From contig JANOFO010000009.1 of assembly GCA_031413715.1 (NCBI GenBank), forward strand, positions 2,718-66,717: 64,000 nt of DNA, written 5' to 3'. A model generated the notes under the pieces. That model was not told the origin of the DNA. It searched no databases and was given only the letters and a program-made list of their open reading frames with translations. This DNA comes from Minisyncoccota bacterium (lineage in GTDB: Bacteria; Patescibacteriota; Minisyncoccia; Phycocordibacterales; UBA9973). Each line of letters begins with the position of its first letter. The stretch's first letter is position 1. The position numbers and the translations under genes were made by a program. Below, piece by piece: positions 28,722 through 38,270 of the stretch.

Positions 28722-31700
28722 ATGTATTCATTCGAAAAAACAAACAGAAAATTAAGAAACAAATCAAATACTGCGCTCGCAGTTTTATTGGTTGCTCTGT
28801 CACTTTTTCAGTTTCCATTCATCGGTAGAGCGGCATTTAACAAACAAATAAATTATCAAGGCAAGCTCACCAACGCGTCTGGAGTTGCAGTTGCAAATGG
28901 GGACTACAATATGGAATTCAAGTTAATGACAGTCTCAAGCGGTGGTGACACTACGCAAGGTTCGTGTACTACTAGTTGTGCATGGATGGAAACAAGAACT
29001 GGCGGAAGCAAGGTAACTGTGACGAACGGCCTCTTTAGTGTTCTCCTTGGTGAAGTTACTTCACTCTCTGGAGTTGATTTTAACCAGACCTTATATTTGT
29101 CAGTTCAGATCGGCAATACAGGAAGTCCATCATGGGATGGAGAAATGACTCCACGAAAAAAATTGGGAGCAGTTCCTGCAGCAGTTGAATCAGAGCGAGT
29201 CGGAGGATTTACTCCAGCCCAATCTGCAACAGGCAATCAAGTTCCGGTGCTTACATCTGGAAATTTAATTCTTGGCGGAACAAATCCAACATTCGGCGGA
29301 ACGGGATCAAATACATTGACGCTTCATAATGGCGCAACAGGAGATATTCAATTTTTCGGTTCATCAAATAAGATTACTTCCGGAGGCGCGCTTACAGTTA
29401 CGGGTGTTGTAAATGCTGCAGGATTGACTTCTTCTGGAGCAATTACATTTTCATCACTTGGCACCGGTATTGCTCATCTATCTTCGGGGGGCGTGCTCTC
29501 ATCGTCAGCTATTGATCTGGCAACTGCTGATGTCACGGGAATTTTGACAACAGCAAAAGGTGGAACAGGCATTGGAACACTTGCCTCCAATGCAGTACTC
29601 TATGGTAATGGTACCGGAGCCATTCAAGCCTTGGCTGTAAACTCAGGTGCAACCCTGTGTCTTACTCAAGCAAGTAGTGGTGCACCGGCATGGGGATCAT
29701 GTGGTGCAGGAGGCTCTACCAACTGGGATACCATAGGTGATGCAGGAGGGAATGGCGCCATTGCTATGGGTACCACGGAGCAGACTATGGATTGGGATTT
29801 CACTACGACTGATCACGATGGACTTACCTTTAATTTTGATAACAATGGAGGAACAGCAGGGACCGACCATGGAATTGTTATCAATAACGCACTCTCAACA
29901 AATGCATCTGGAGATCTTGATACAGAAAATTTATTACTGATTCAACAACTCGATACGACTGCTTCTGGCGTAACTGATATTGATAATCTTCTTAAGATAG
30001 ATATCGCAGCAAACTCAGGTGCAACTGATGGCATCGAAATTACAAATTCTGGAGGAAACATCACTGGCAGTGGACTTAATATTGTCGACACAGGAGGCGG
30101 TACCTTTACAACAGGCATCACGCTTGCGGGAACGTTTACTACTGGAATAGATATGGGAGCGAGTACATTAATTAATATTGGAAACGCTGCCACTGATTTT
30201 AATTCGAGCGGTGGACTAACACTTGCGAGTGACCTCGTACTCAATGCCCAAGCAGATGTCCGGTTTGCAGATGCGGATAGTTCTCATTATGTTGGATTCC
30301 AAGCACCATCAAGTATCAGTTCGAGCTTTACATGGACACTGCCATCTACTGACGCAACAGGGTGTCTAAAATCGAATGGTTCAGGAACACTTTCTTTTGA
30401 TGGTGCCTGTGGAGAAACTGACTATGAAACATTTACAGGAAATGGAACTTTTACTAAAAAATCAAATGCCCTTTTAGTTGTTGTCGAAGCATGGGGTCCT
30501 GGTGGTGGCGGTGCAGGAGGAGGTAGTGTTGCTGCTGGTACCGCTACTACAGGTGGTGGAGGTGGTGGAGGAGGCGCATATACAACTCGATCGATTGCTG
30601 CAGGATCTGTCGGAGCGACTGAAACGGTGACCGTTCCTGCTGGCGGTACGGCTGGAACCGGTGGTACAAATGCTGTCGGTACAGATGGTTCTGCTCCGAC
30701 AGCTGATACAAGTTTTGGATCACTCCTCATTGCATATAGAGGAGGAGGTTCTGGAAATGGAAACAACTCTGCTACTGGCGGCGGAGGCGGCGGAGGCGGC
30801 GGATCAGCAGGTGCAGGAACAAGCTCGACGAACCAAACAGGAGGAGCTGGTGGTACATGTGCTGGTGGTGTAACCGTTGGTGCTGGAGCAAACGCTTTTG
30901 GTAGCTGTGGCGGCGGCGGAGGAACAACAACTTCAGGTAATGCGAATGAAGGAGGAGGCGGTGGTGGAGGACTTGCTGCCGGAGGAACTGCAGGACGATC
31001 GGGAGGTACATCCCTCAAGGGAGGCGGCGGAGGCGGTGGAGGAGCAAGTCTTGCAGCAACTCATGCTTCGACTGCCGGAGGTCCAGGAGGTGCAAGTGGT
31101 GCTGCGATGCAGGCAGCAGGAACCGGCGGAGGTGTTGCCGGAGGTGCTGCTGGAACAAATAATGGAACTGCCGGCCAAGATGCAACTTCTTCAACTGGTT
31201 CGCAGATTGGAGGTGGTGGAGGAGGCGGTGGAGGAGGCAGTCAGGCTACAGCTGGATCAAACGGCGGAGCCGGGGCAGTCGGAGGTATTCCTGGAGGAGG
31301 TGGTGGAGGAGGCGGAGCAGGAACGCATAACGGTTCGACAGGAAGTGGCGGAGCCGGAGGAGCCGGCGCACGTGGAGAAATTCGTGTTTGGACCTATCGT
31401 GGCACAGGAGCCGATTTGGCGGAAGTTTACGGAACAAATGACTCAACCCTTGAAGCCGGAGATGTCGTATCTCTTGATCATGACATGCAAGCGGGAGTTA
31501 AAAAAAGCAGCAAAGCATATGATGCTGAGGTAATGGGTATTGTTTCAACAAAACCTGGCATGATTATCGGTAATATTGAAGATGCTGGCGCCATTCCAGT
31601 CCTTCTCGCACTCTCTGGTCGTGTTCCCGTAAAAGTAAATATGGAAAATGGCGCGATTAAAAAAGGCGACCTCCTTACCCCTTCATCCATTCCTGGTGTT

Positions 31701-32990
31701 GCAATGCGAGCGACAAAAGCAGGTAGTATTATCGGACAGTCAATGACAGAGTATATTGACCCTGATGCGCCAGGGTATGTGGTAGTTTTTATTAAGAATA
31801 GTCATACGACGGGAGCAAAACTTTCTGATCTTTTTGCAGGAGAACTTGAGATGATAGGAGGGGAGATAGATAAAGGAGTGGAATTAAATCCATCAGAATT
31901 AATAAAAGGAACCAAAACGCTCCAACAGCGTGCACTTGCTTATTTTAATACTAATAAATTGACTCTCTCAGAGTCTCTCAATCTTTCGGAAGTGACTGCC
32001 GATAGAGTTACTGCAGGACTTGAAATTATAACGCCGACACTCTTTGTAGGAACTGTTTCAACCGATTCTATAACTCCTCTAAATGGAACTTCTCTTGATA
32101 TACTGCTTTCGAATGAAGGTACATTCAACATTAAGAACCAATTGTTGACAGAAGGAGCCGGATCAGCCGAACCTATTGTCAGTATTGATAATTTAGGGAA
32201 CGCGACATTTGCGGGTAATCTAAAAGTAAAAAGTATCAAAGCAGATTCGATCGAAGGTCTCGATTCTTTACTCATGACTAATGCCCATTTAGCCTGGGAT
32301 TCTTTCACAACAAAAACCCTGACTGTATCCGAGAACGCAATCTTTAGTGGAGAATCAAGGTTTGATGGCCTCACATTCTTTAGTATGGCTGCGAACTTTG
32401 ATTCCAGTGTGACATTTAATGCACAATCGGAATTTATTCTTCCACCACTCTTCAATAGTGATACAGCTGGCTTTGCTATAATAAAAAAGGGGAGTCGCAG
32501 AGTTCAAATAATTTTTGAGACGCCTTATATAGTTGAGCCTGTTGTAACCACATCGCTTGTATTTAGCACTGCGGATAAAGTGACTGATTCTGGAGCAGAT
32601 GAGATATTTACTGCAAGCGTTCAGTCTCTTGTCATCGATAGTGATCAAAATGGATTTACTATTTTTTTGAACAAAAACGCGCCACAAGATCTAAGATTCA
32701 CTTGGAATGCGCTTTCTGTCCGCGATCCGAAAATTTTTGAAAGTGTTATCGAAGGTCTCACCATTGAAAATTTACCACTAGACCTACTTCCGCCAGATCC
32801 TTTACCTGATCCAATTCCAGAACCCGACCCAGTCCCTGATCCAACTTCAAAAGAAGAAGATCCAGTTCTTGATCCTATTCCTGTGCTTGATCCAGAGCCT
32901 GTCCAACAAGAAGACCCAGCCCCGATACTTATAGAGATATCTGAGCCGGTAGTGGAAACAAAAGAGGAGCCCATTCCTATAGTTGAGTAA
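28722..32990 (+). CDS. Giant secreted tail-fibre-like adhesin: Gly-rich domain, peptidase-G2/intramolecular-chaperone-like domain, Pro/Asp-rich C-terminus
   Basis: Signal peptide; INYQGKLTN; long poly-Gly region; ADLAEVY...GDVV...GIVSTKPG...LALSGRVPVKV..ENGAIKKGDLLT. Confidence 0.7.
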   Translation: MYSFEKTNRKLRNKSNTALAVLLVALSLFQFPFIGRAAFNKQINYQGKLTNASGVAVANGDYNMEFKLMTVSSGGDTTQGSCTTSCAWMETRTGGSKVTVTNGLFSVLLGEVTSLSGVDFNQTLYLSVQIGNTGSPSWDGEMTPRKKLGAVPAAVESERVGGFTPAQSATGNQVPVLTSGNLILGGTNPTFGGTGSNTLTLHNGATGDIQFFGSSNKITSGGALTVTGVVNAAGLTSSGAITFSSLGTGIAHLSSGGVLSSSAIDLATADVTGILTTAKGGTGIGTLASNAVLYGNGTGAIQALAVNSGATLCLTQASSGAPAWGSCGAGGSTNWDTIGDAGGNGAIAMGTTEQTMDWDFTTTDHDGLTFNFDNNGGTAGTDHGIVINNALSTNASGDLDTENLLLIQQLDTTASGVTDIDNLLKIDIAANSGATDGIEITNSGGNITGSGLNIVDTGGGTFTTGITLAGTFTTGIDMGASTLINIGNAATDFNSSGGLTLASDLVLNAQADVRFADADSSHYVGFQAPSSISSSFTWTLPSTDATGCLKSNGSGTLSFDGACGETDYETFTGNGTFTKKSNALLVVVEAWGPGGGGAGGGSVAAGTATTGGGGGGGGAYTTRSIAAGSVGATETVTVPAGGTAGTGGTNAVGTDGSAPTADTSFGSLLIAYRGGGSGNGNNSATGGGGGGGGGSAGAGTSSTNQTGGAGGTCAGGVTVGAGANAFGSCGGGGGTTTSGNANEGGGGGGGLAAGGTAGRSGGTSLKGGGGGGGGASLAATHASTAGGPGGASGAAMQAAGTGGGVAGGAAGTNNGTAGQDATSSTGSQIGGGGGGGGGGSQATAGSNGGAGAVGGIPGGGGGGGGAGTHNGSTGSGGAGGAGARGEIRVWTYRGTGADLAEVYGTNDSTLEAGDVVSLDHDMQAGVKKSSKAYDAEVMGIVSTKPGMIIGNIEDAGAIPVLLALSGRVPVKVNMENGAIKKGDLLTPSSIPGVAMRATKAGSIIGQSMTEYIDPDAPGYVVVFIKNSHTTGAKLSDLFAGELEMIGGEIDKGVELNPSELIKGTKTLQQRALAYFNTNKLTLSESLNLSEVTADRVTAGLEIITPTLFVGTVSTDSITPLNGTSLDILLSNEGTFNIKNQLLTEGAGSAEPIVSIDNLGNATFAGNLKVKSIKADSIEGLDSLLMTNAHLAWDSFTTKTLTVSENAIFSGESRFDGLTFFSMAANFDSSVTFNAQSEFILPPLFNSDTAGFAIIKKGSRRVQIIFETPYIVEPVVTTSLVFSTADKVTDSGADEIFTASVQSLVIDSDQNGFTIFLNKNAPQDLRFTWNALSVRDPKIFESVIEGLTIENLPLDLLPPDPLPDPIPEPDPVPDPTSKEEDPVLDPIPVLDPEPVQQEDPAPILIEISEPVVETKEEPIPIVE

Positions 32991-33020
32991 GAATTGTAAA
33001 AATAGATTACTATATATAGT

Positions 33021-33998
33021 ATGAAAATAGGCTTAAAGACAACCGCCCTCTCACTCTTCTTTCTCCTTATAGGTTTTGGAGTTGGTTTTGTTTTGGATAA
33101 AGGTACTCACTCTCGATGTAGTGCTGAAAATTTTGAACATATTAATCCTGACTTGGTTTGTAAACTGGCACCAGTGGTCAGCAAACAAGGATACAGTAAA
33201 CTCAAAGCTGATTTAGAAAAGTTTATCTCGGATAAAAAACAAGAAGGAATTGTTAGCTCAGTATCAATTTATTTTCGTGATTTACATAATGGACCTACGC
33301 TTGGTATGAATGAGTATGAAAAATTTTCTCCGGCAAGCTTATTAAAGCTCCCGCTCTTCTTAACTTACCTTAATCTTTCAGAAAATAATCCTGCATTCTT
33401 AGAAACAAAAATAGGTTTCGAAGAAAAAAATCTTACTCAAAAGCAGTACTTTCCGTCTGCGAAAATTGCCCAGAACAATACTCCCTATACTATAAATACT
33501 CTGCTTGAATATATGATAGAGTATTCTGATAATAATTCGTACTATGCCTTAAATCAATACTTGAGACAGGTCTCTCCAAATACTGATTTATTGCGAGAGA
33601 CATTCCTGGATTTAGGTATCATTGATCCACAAAACTTTGCCGATCAGACGTTGTCTGTTAAGTCGTATGGATCTATTTTTGTCCAGCTTTATCACAGTTC
33701 TTTTTTTTCTAAAAAGGAACTGTCGGAACAAGCACTTTCCTTGCTTTCTAAATCAGATTTTAAAGAAGGGATAACTCTTGGTGTGCCTACTGAACTTGAA
33801 ATAGCTCATAAATTTGGCGAACGTTCTGACTTGCCAAATAATGAAAAACAGCTGCACGATTGCGGAATTGTGTATTACCCCAAGAATCCATATCTCCTAT
33901 GTGTGATGACACGGGGGACTGACTTTAAACAACTTTCCCATATAATAGGCGAGATATCGAAAATGACATATAAAGAATTCGATTCTCGAAAAATATAG
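33021..33998 (+). CDS. Class A beta-lactamase-related serine hydrolase, membrane-anchored
   Basis: ASLLK (SxxK), YSDN, AHKFG, HDCGIVY. Confidence 0.85.
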   Translation: MKIGLKTTALSLFFLLIGFGVGFVLDKGTHSRCSAENFEHINPDLVCKLAPVVSKQGYSKLKADLEKFISDKKQEGIVSSVSIYFRDLHNGPTLGMNEYEKFSPASLLKLPLFLTYLNLSENNPAFLETKIGFEEKNLTQKQYFPSAKIAQNNTPYTINTLLEYMIEYSDNNSYYALNQYLRQVSPNTDLLRETFLDLGIIDPQNFADQTLSVKSYGSIFVQLYHSSFFSKKELSEQALSLLSKSDFKEGITLGVPTELEIAHKFGERSDLPNNEKQLHDCGIVYYPKNPYLLCVMTRGTDFKQLSHIIGEISKMTYKEFDSRKI

Positions 33999-34011
33999 TA
34001 TAATTAAAAAT

Positions 34012-34737
34012 ATGGAAAGAACACAAGAAGGATTTATTGTACCTCTTATTATTATCATAATCGCAGGGCTTGGTGTCGGGGGAGGTGTTTATTATTCTAA
34101 AAAAGTTAAACAACAAAATCTAGAGAAAGGGGCTGCTGTACAAAAAGTTGATGCCACGATAGACTCTAGATTAGATGGAAAGATTGAAGCAAATTCAAAT
34201 CAAAAAATTTCTGATAATGGTAAATCGTCTGTCGATTTAAACGCAGGGAATTCTCTATCAGGAATTGTAAAGACCAATATGACGATGCAAGAATTGCTTT
34301 CTGTATATAAAGGAAAAACTTTAGAATGCATTTCAAACTTTGCAGATCCGTCATCTGGAATGACAAATAGTGGCACAACCTATATTCATGGAAATCTTAT
34401 TCGTTCTGATAATACTATGATGTACAAAGGTGCTGTAACTAAAAGTAGTATGATCATTAAAGATGGAAATGAGATATATTCTTGGACTGGGAGTCAAGGA
34501 ACGAAAATGTCTATCAATGCTTCATTTGATATAAATACTGCGCTCAGCATGAGTGCCGGTGTCAAAAATTCCTCAAACCAAAAATCAGAATATTCATGTA
34601 CTCCTTGGATAGCTGATGCAAGTAAATTTGTACCACCAGCTTCTGTTAAATTTACTGATTACGGTACAATCTCAATCCCATCAGTTTCTCCCGAAATGAT
34701 GAAGCAGATGATAGAAGCACAGGCAGGTACTAGATAA
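34012..34737 (+). CDS. Exported protein with prepilin-like N-terminus
   Basis: QEG|FIVPLIIIIIAG hydrophobic segment (no Glu+5); C-terminal beta-rich domain with two Cys. Confidence 0.55.
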   Translation: MERTQEGFIVPLIIIIIAGLGVGGGVYYSKKVKQQNLEKGAAVQKVDATIDSRLDGKIEANSNQKISDNGKSSVDLNAGNSLSGIVKTNMTMQELLSVYKGKTLECISNFADPSSGMTNSGTTYIHGNLIRSDNTMMYKGAVTKSSMIIKDGNEIYSWTGSQGTKMSINASFDINTALSMSAGVKNSSNQKSEYSCTPWIADASKFVPPASVKFTDYGTISIPSVSPEMMKQMIEAQAGTR

Positions 34738-34999
34738 AAAAGATATATAGGGAATTAGGTTCTCTCGAAAGCAGGGTCTTTTTCTATAATATTGTTTGAC
34801 AAAAAAGCAGGGGTAGTATATGATAGAACCCTAGTGAAATCGATTGAGTTATGGCAGATCAATCACTATTTTTAAGTTAAGACAAGCTCGCTCTGTGTCA
34901 AAACTACATTCTGCCAATTTTAATAGATAGTTCTAAATAATACGGTTTGGTCGCCGTTATTTTTTGCGTTTCGTCGGCAGGCGAATAAATTTTATTAAT

Positions 35000-37900
35000 A
35001 TGAAAAAAACAGCACAAATAGAAAAGAAGTATTTCGCGCGCTATAAAAAGCCACTCGTTCCGTTCCCAAATCTTATTCAAGATCAGCTGGCATCATTCAA
35101 CTGGTTGATCGAGAGTGGACTCAAAGAAGTCTTCAAAGAATTTTCCCCGATAAATGATTATTCTGAGAAAAAATTCCAGCTCGACTTTACATCTTTTGTG
35201 CTTGGTGAACCAAAGTTCGATGAAGAGTACACAAAGATAAATAAACTGACATACGAAGGTCAGCTAAAAGCTCGCGTCAAACTTCTAAATAAAAGCATTG
35301 GAACTTCTAAAGAACAGGAAATTTTCCTAGCTGATGTGCCACTGATGACCAAGCATGGCACTTTCATCATAAACGGCGTAGAGCGAGTTATCGTAGGACA
35401 GCTTACACGTAGTTTCGGAGTATTTTTTACCGAGCAGGAATTAAAAGGCAAGCGTTACTTCGGCGCAAAGATTATACCTTCTCGTGGTGTGTGGATTGAA
35501 GTTGAGTCTGATCCCGATGGTGCTATATATGTCCGTATCGACAAAAAGCGCAAGTTCTCCATTGCTTCTCTTCTTCGCGTTCTTGGCCTTGATACAGATG
35601 AGACTCTTACAAAAACTTTTGGCAAGGATATGAGTGAAGAATTGTCAAAAGCCCTTAAAATATCGCTTGAAAAAGACCCAGCCAAGACCCTATCGGACTC
35701 ATATATAGAGATCTACAAGCGTCTACGCGATGGCGATCTTGCAACTCCTGATAATGCCCGTGAATTTATTAACATGCTTCTTTCAAATGAGCGTTATGAC
35801 CTTTCTCCTGTCGGTCGCTTTCGATTCAACAAGCGTTTCGGTAAGAGTATGGATGATAAAGAAATGGAGCGCCGTACAATCTCTGCCGATGATGTTGTGT
35901 CTATATTTAAAAATATTGTCGAGCTCAATAATACGCTTCATGCTAAAGCAGACGATATAGATCACTTGGGCCAGCGTCGAGTACGCTATGTGGGTGAAAT
36001 GCTTCAGCAGAAGTTCCGCATGGGCATGGCTCAAATAAAAAGAAATGTTCAAGATCGCATGTCGACAATCGATGTTGGCACTAGTCTTCCGATTGCTATC
36101 ATCAACCAGCGTCCGCTCCAAGCTCGCATCAAGGAGTTTTTTACCGCAAACCAGCTTTCTCAATTCATGAACCAAGAAAATGTCATGGCTGAAGTTGAGC
36201 ATTTGAGAATCCTCTCTGCGCTTGGTCCCGGAGGTCTTACTCGTGAGCGTGCAGGTCTTGAAGTCCGCGATGTGCATACATCCCACTATGGAAGAGTATG
36301 TCCGATCCACACACCTGAAGGTCCGAACATCGGTCTTATCCTCCACCTCTCTACATATGCCAAGATCAATGAGTTCGGTATTATCGAGACACCATATATA
36401 AAAGTAAAGAATGGAAAAATAACTGGCGAAGTTGTGTACCTAAACGCGCTCGAAGAAGAGAAGTTTAATATTGCCCACGCTGGTATCGATTACGACGAAA
36501 AGGGAAATATCATGGAAGATCGAGTTGAAGCTCGTCTTTCAACAAAGCCTGGCATGATATCCCGAGACAAAATTGACTATATAGACGTAGCTACGAACCA
36601 AGCGTTCTCAGTGGCGACTTCTATGATTCCATTCCTCGAACACGATGACGCTCACCGAACACTCATGGGAAGTAACATGCAGAAACAAGCCCTCCCTTGT
36701 ATTATTCCTGAAGCACCACTTGTGGCTACAGGTATGGAAGAGCTTGCATCTCGCGACTCTGGCAGACTCGTCGTATCCGAAGTCTCAGGTACTGTTTCAT
36801 ATGTAGACGCAAAGAAAATCAACATTAAAGATGACAAAGGCAAGGAGCATGTCTACCCGCTAATTAGCTTTTCACGTACAAACAACTTCTCAGTTCTTCA
36901 TCAGCGTCCAAGTGTTTCTATGGGCGACCATGTAAAGAAAGGACAAGTTCTCGCTGATACTAGTACAACTGACCGCGGCCAAATCGCCCTCGGACAGAAT
37001 GCTCTAGTGGCCTTTATGTCATGGGGCGGCGCTAACTACGAAGATGCGATAATTCTCTCAGAAAAGCTTGTAAAACAAAGTAAATTCACAAGTATCTATG
37101 TCACAGAATTTATCTGTAACGTCCGTGATACTAAGCTTGGTCCAGAAATAACTACTCGCGATATTCCGAACGTCGGCGAAAACAAACTCAAAGATTTGGA
37201 TGAAGACGGTATTATCGTTATCGGCGCTGAAGTTCGCGAAAATGATATCCTTGTTGGTAAGATTACTCCCAAAGGTGAGACCGAACTTACTCCCGAAGAA
37301 CGCCTACTCCGATCAATCTTCACTGAAAAAGCTCGTGATGTGAAGGACACATCACTACGTCTTGAACATGGAAAGAAAGGAAGAGTAACAGGAGTCAAAA
37401 TTTTCTCACGTGATCAAGGGCACAATCTTGAGTCAGGTATCATAAAAAGAATTGTAGTAGAAATCGCTCAGATTCGTAACATCTCAGTCGGTGACAAACT
37501 TGCTGGTCGCCACGGTAATAAGGGAGTCATCTCTGTTATCCTTCCGGAAGAAGAAATGCCATTTATGCAAGATGGTACTCCGATCGATATCATTCTCACG
37601 CCGCTAGGTGTCCCATCTCGTATGAACTTAGGTCAGATTCTTGAAATGCATCTAGGATATGCTGCTCATACACTTAATTACCAAGCGATCGTCCCTCCGT
37701 TCTCTTCTGCAACCGTGCCCGAAATTAAAGCCGAGCTCGTTCTCGCTGGTCTACCTGAAAGTGGTAAAGTCACACTCTATGATGGCCGTACTGGAGATGC
37801 ATTTGATCAGGATATCGCTATAGGTTACATGTATATGCTCAAGCTACATCACATGGTGGAAGACAAGCTGCACATGCGCTCCATTGGTCCGTACTCTCTT

Positions 37901-38176
37901 ATTACTCAGCAACCACTTGGAGGTAAAGCTCAAGGTGGAGGACAGAGATTTGGAGAAATGGAGGTCTGGGCGCTCGAAGGTCATGGTGCAGCATATGCGC
38001 TTCGTGAAATGCTTACGATTAAGTCTGATGATATCATGGGTCGCTCACAGACATTCGACGCTATTATCAAAGGTAACCCGATCGGAGAGCCGAATATTCC
38101 TGCATCGTTTAATGTACTTCTCAACTATCTCCGCGGGCTTTCTCTTGATGTTGATCTTAAAAAAAGTGAGGAATAA
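35000..38176 (+). CDS. rpoB: RNA polymerase beta subunit
   Basis: GTFIINGVERV, LSALGPGGL, CPIHTPEGPNIGL, GDKLAGRHGNKG, GGQRFGEMEVWAL. Confidence 0.98.
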   Translation: MKKTAQIEKKYFARYKKPLVPFPNLIQDQLASFNWLIESGLKEVFKEFSPINDYSEKKFQLDFTSFVLGEPKFDEEYTKINKLTYEGQLKARVKLLNKSIGTSKEQEIFLADVPLMTKHGTFIINGVERVIVGQLTRSFGVFFTEQELKGKRYFGAKIIPSRGVWIEVESDPDGAIYVRIDKKRKFSIASLLRVLGLDTDETLTKTFGKDMSEELSKALKISLEKDPAKTLSDSYIEIYKRLRDGDLATPDNAREFINMLLSNERYDLSPVGRFRFNKRFGKSMDDKEMERRTISADDVVSIFKNIVELNNTLHAKADDIDHLGQRRVRYVGEMLQQKFRMGMAQIKRNVQDRMSTIDVGTSLPIAIINQRPLQARIKEFFTANQLSQFMNQENVMAEVEHLRILSALGPGGLTRERAGLEVRDVHTSHYGRVCPIHTPEGPNIGLILHLSTYAKINEFGIIETPYIKVKNGKITGEVVYLNALEEEKFNIAHAGIDYDEKGNIMEDRVEARLSTKPGMISRDKIDYIDVATNQAFSVATSMIPFLEHDDAHRTLMGSNMQKQALPCIIPEAPLVATGMEELASRDSGRLVVSEVSGTVSYVDAKKINIKDDKGKEHVYPLISFSRTNNFSVLHQRPSVSMGDHVKKGQVLADTSTTDRGQIALGQNALVAFMSWGGANYEDAIILSEKLVKQSKFTSIYVTEFICNVRDTKLGPEITTRDIPNVGENKLKDLDEDGIIVIGAEVRENDILVGKITPKGETELTPEERLLRSIFTEKARDVKDTSLRLEHGKKGRVTGVKIFSRDQGHNLESGIIKRIVVEIAQIRNISVGDKLAGRHGNKGVISVILPEEEMPFMQDGTPIDIILTPLGVPSRMNLGQILEMHLGYAAHTLNYQAIVPPFSSATVPEIKAELVLAGLPESGKVTLYDGRTGDAFDQDIAIGYMYMLKLHHMVEDKLHMRSIGPYSLITQQPLGGKAQGGGQRFGEMEVWALEGHGAAYALREMLTIKSDDIMGRSQTFDAIIKGNPIGEPNIPASFNVLLNYLRGLSLDVDLKKSEE

Positions 38177-38182
38177 TTATTA

Positions 38183-38268
38183 ATAAGCGAATAGCGAATA
38201 GAATAAAGGGAATAGACAGAAGAATTGAATTTCCACTATACCCTTATAACTATCCGCTCTACCCTAAT
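38183..38268. repeat. Heptamer-periodic imperfect inverted repeat between rpoB and rpoC
   Basis: ataagcga atagcga atagaata aaggga atag ... ctataccctt ataactatccgctctacccta. Confidence 0.45.
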
Positions 38269-38270
38269 AT

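Noticed and set aside
30422-31533. Long alternative-frame ORFs over the Gly-rich region
   Set aside because: Shadow ORFs caused by GGN codon repeats of the 1422-aa gene
28722-32990. Prophage
   Set aside because: Tail-fibre-like domains sit in a signal-peptide protein with no capsid, terminase or integrase genes around
33021-33998. Bona fide antibiotic-resistance beta-lactamase
   Set aside because: KFG instead of KTG and membrane anchor; activity cannot be inferred from motifs
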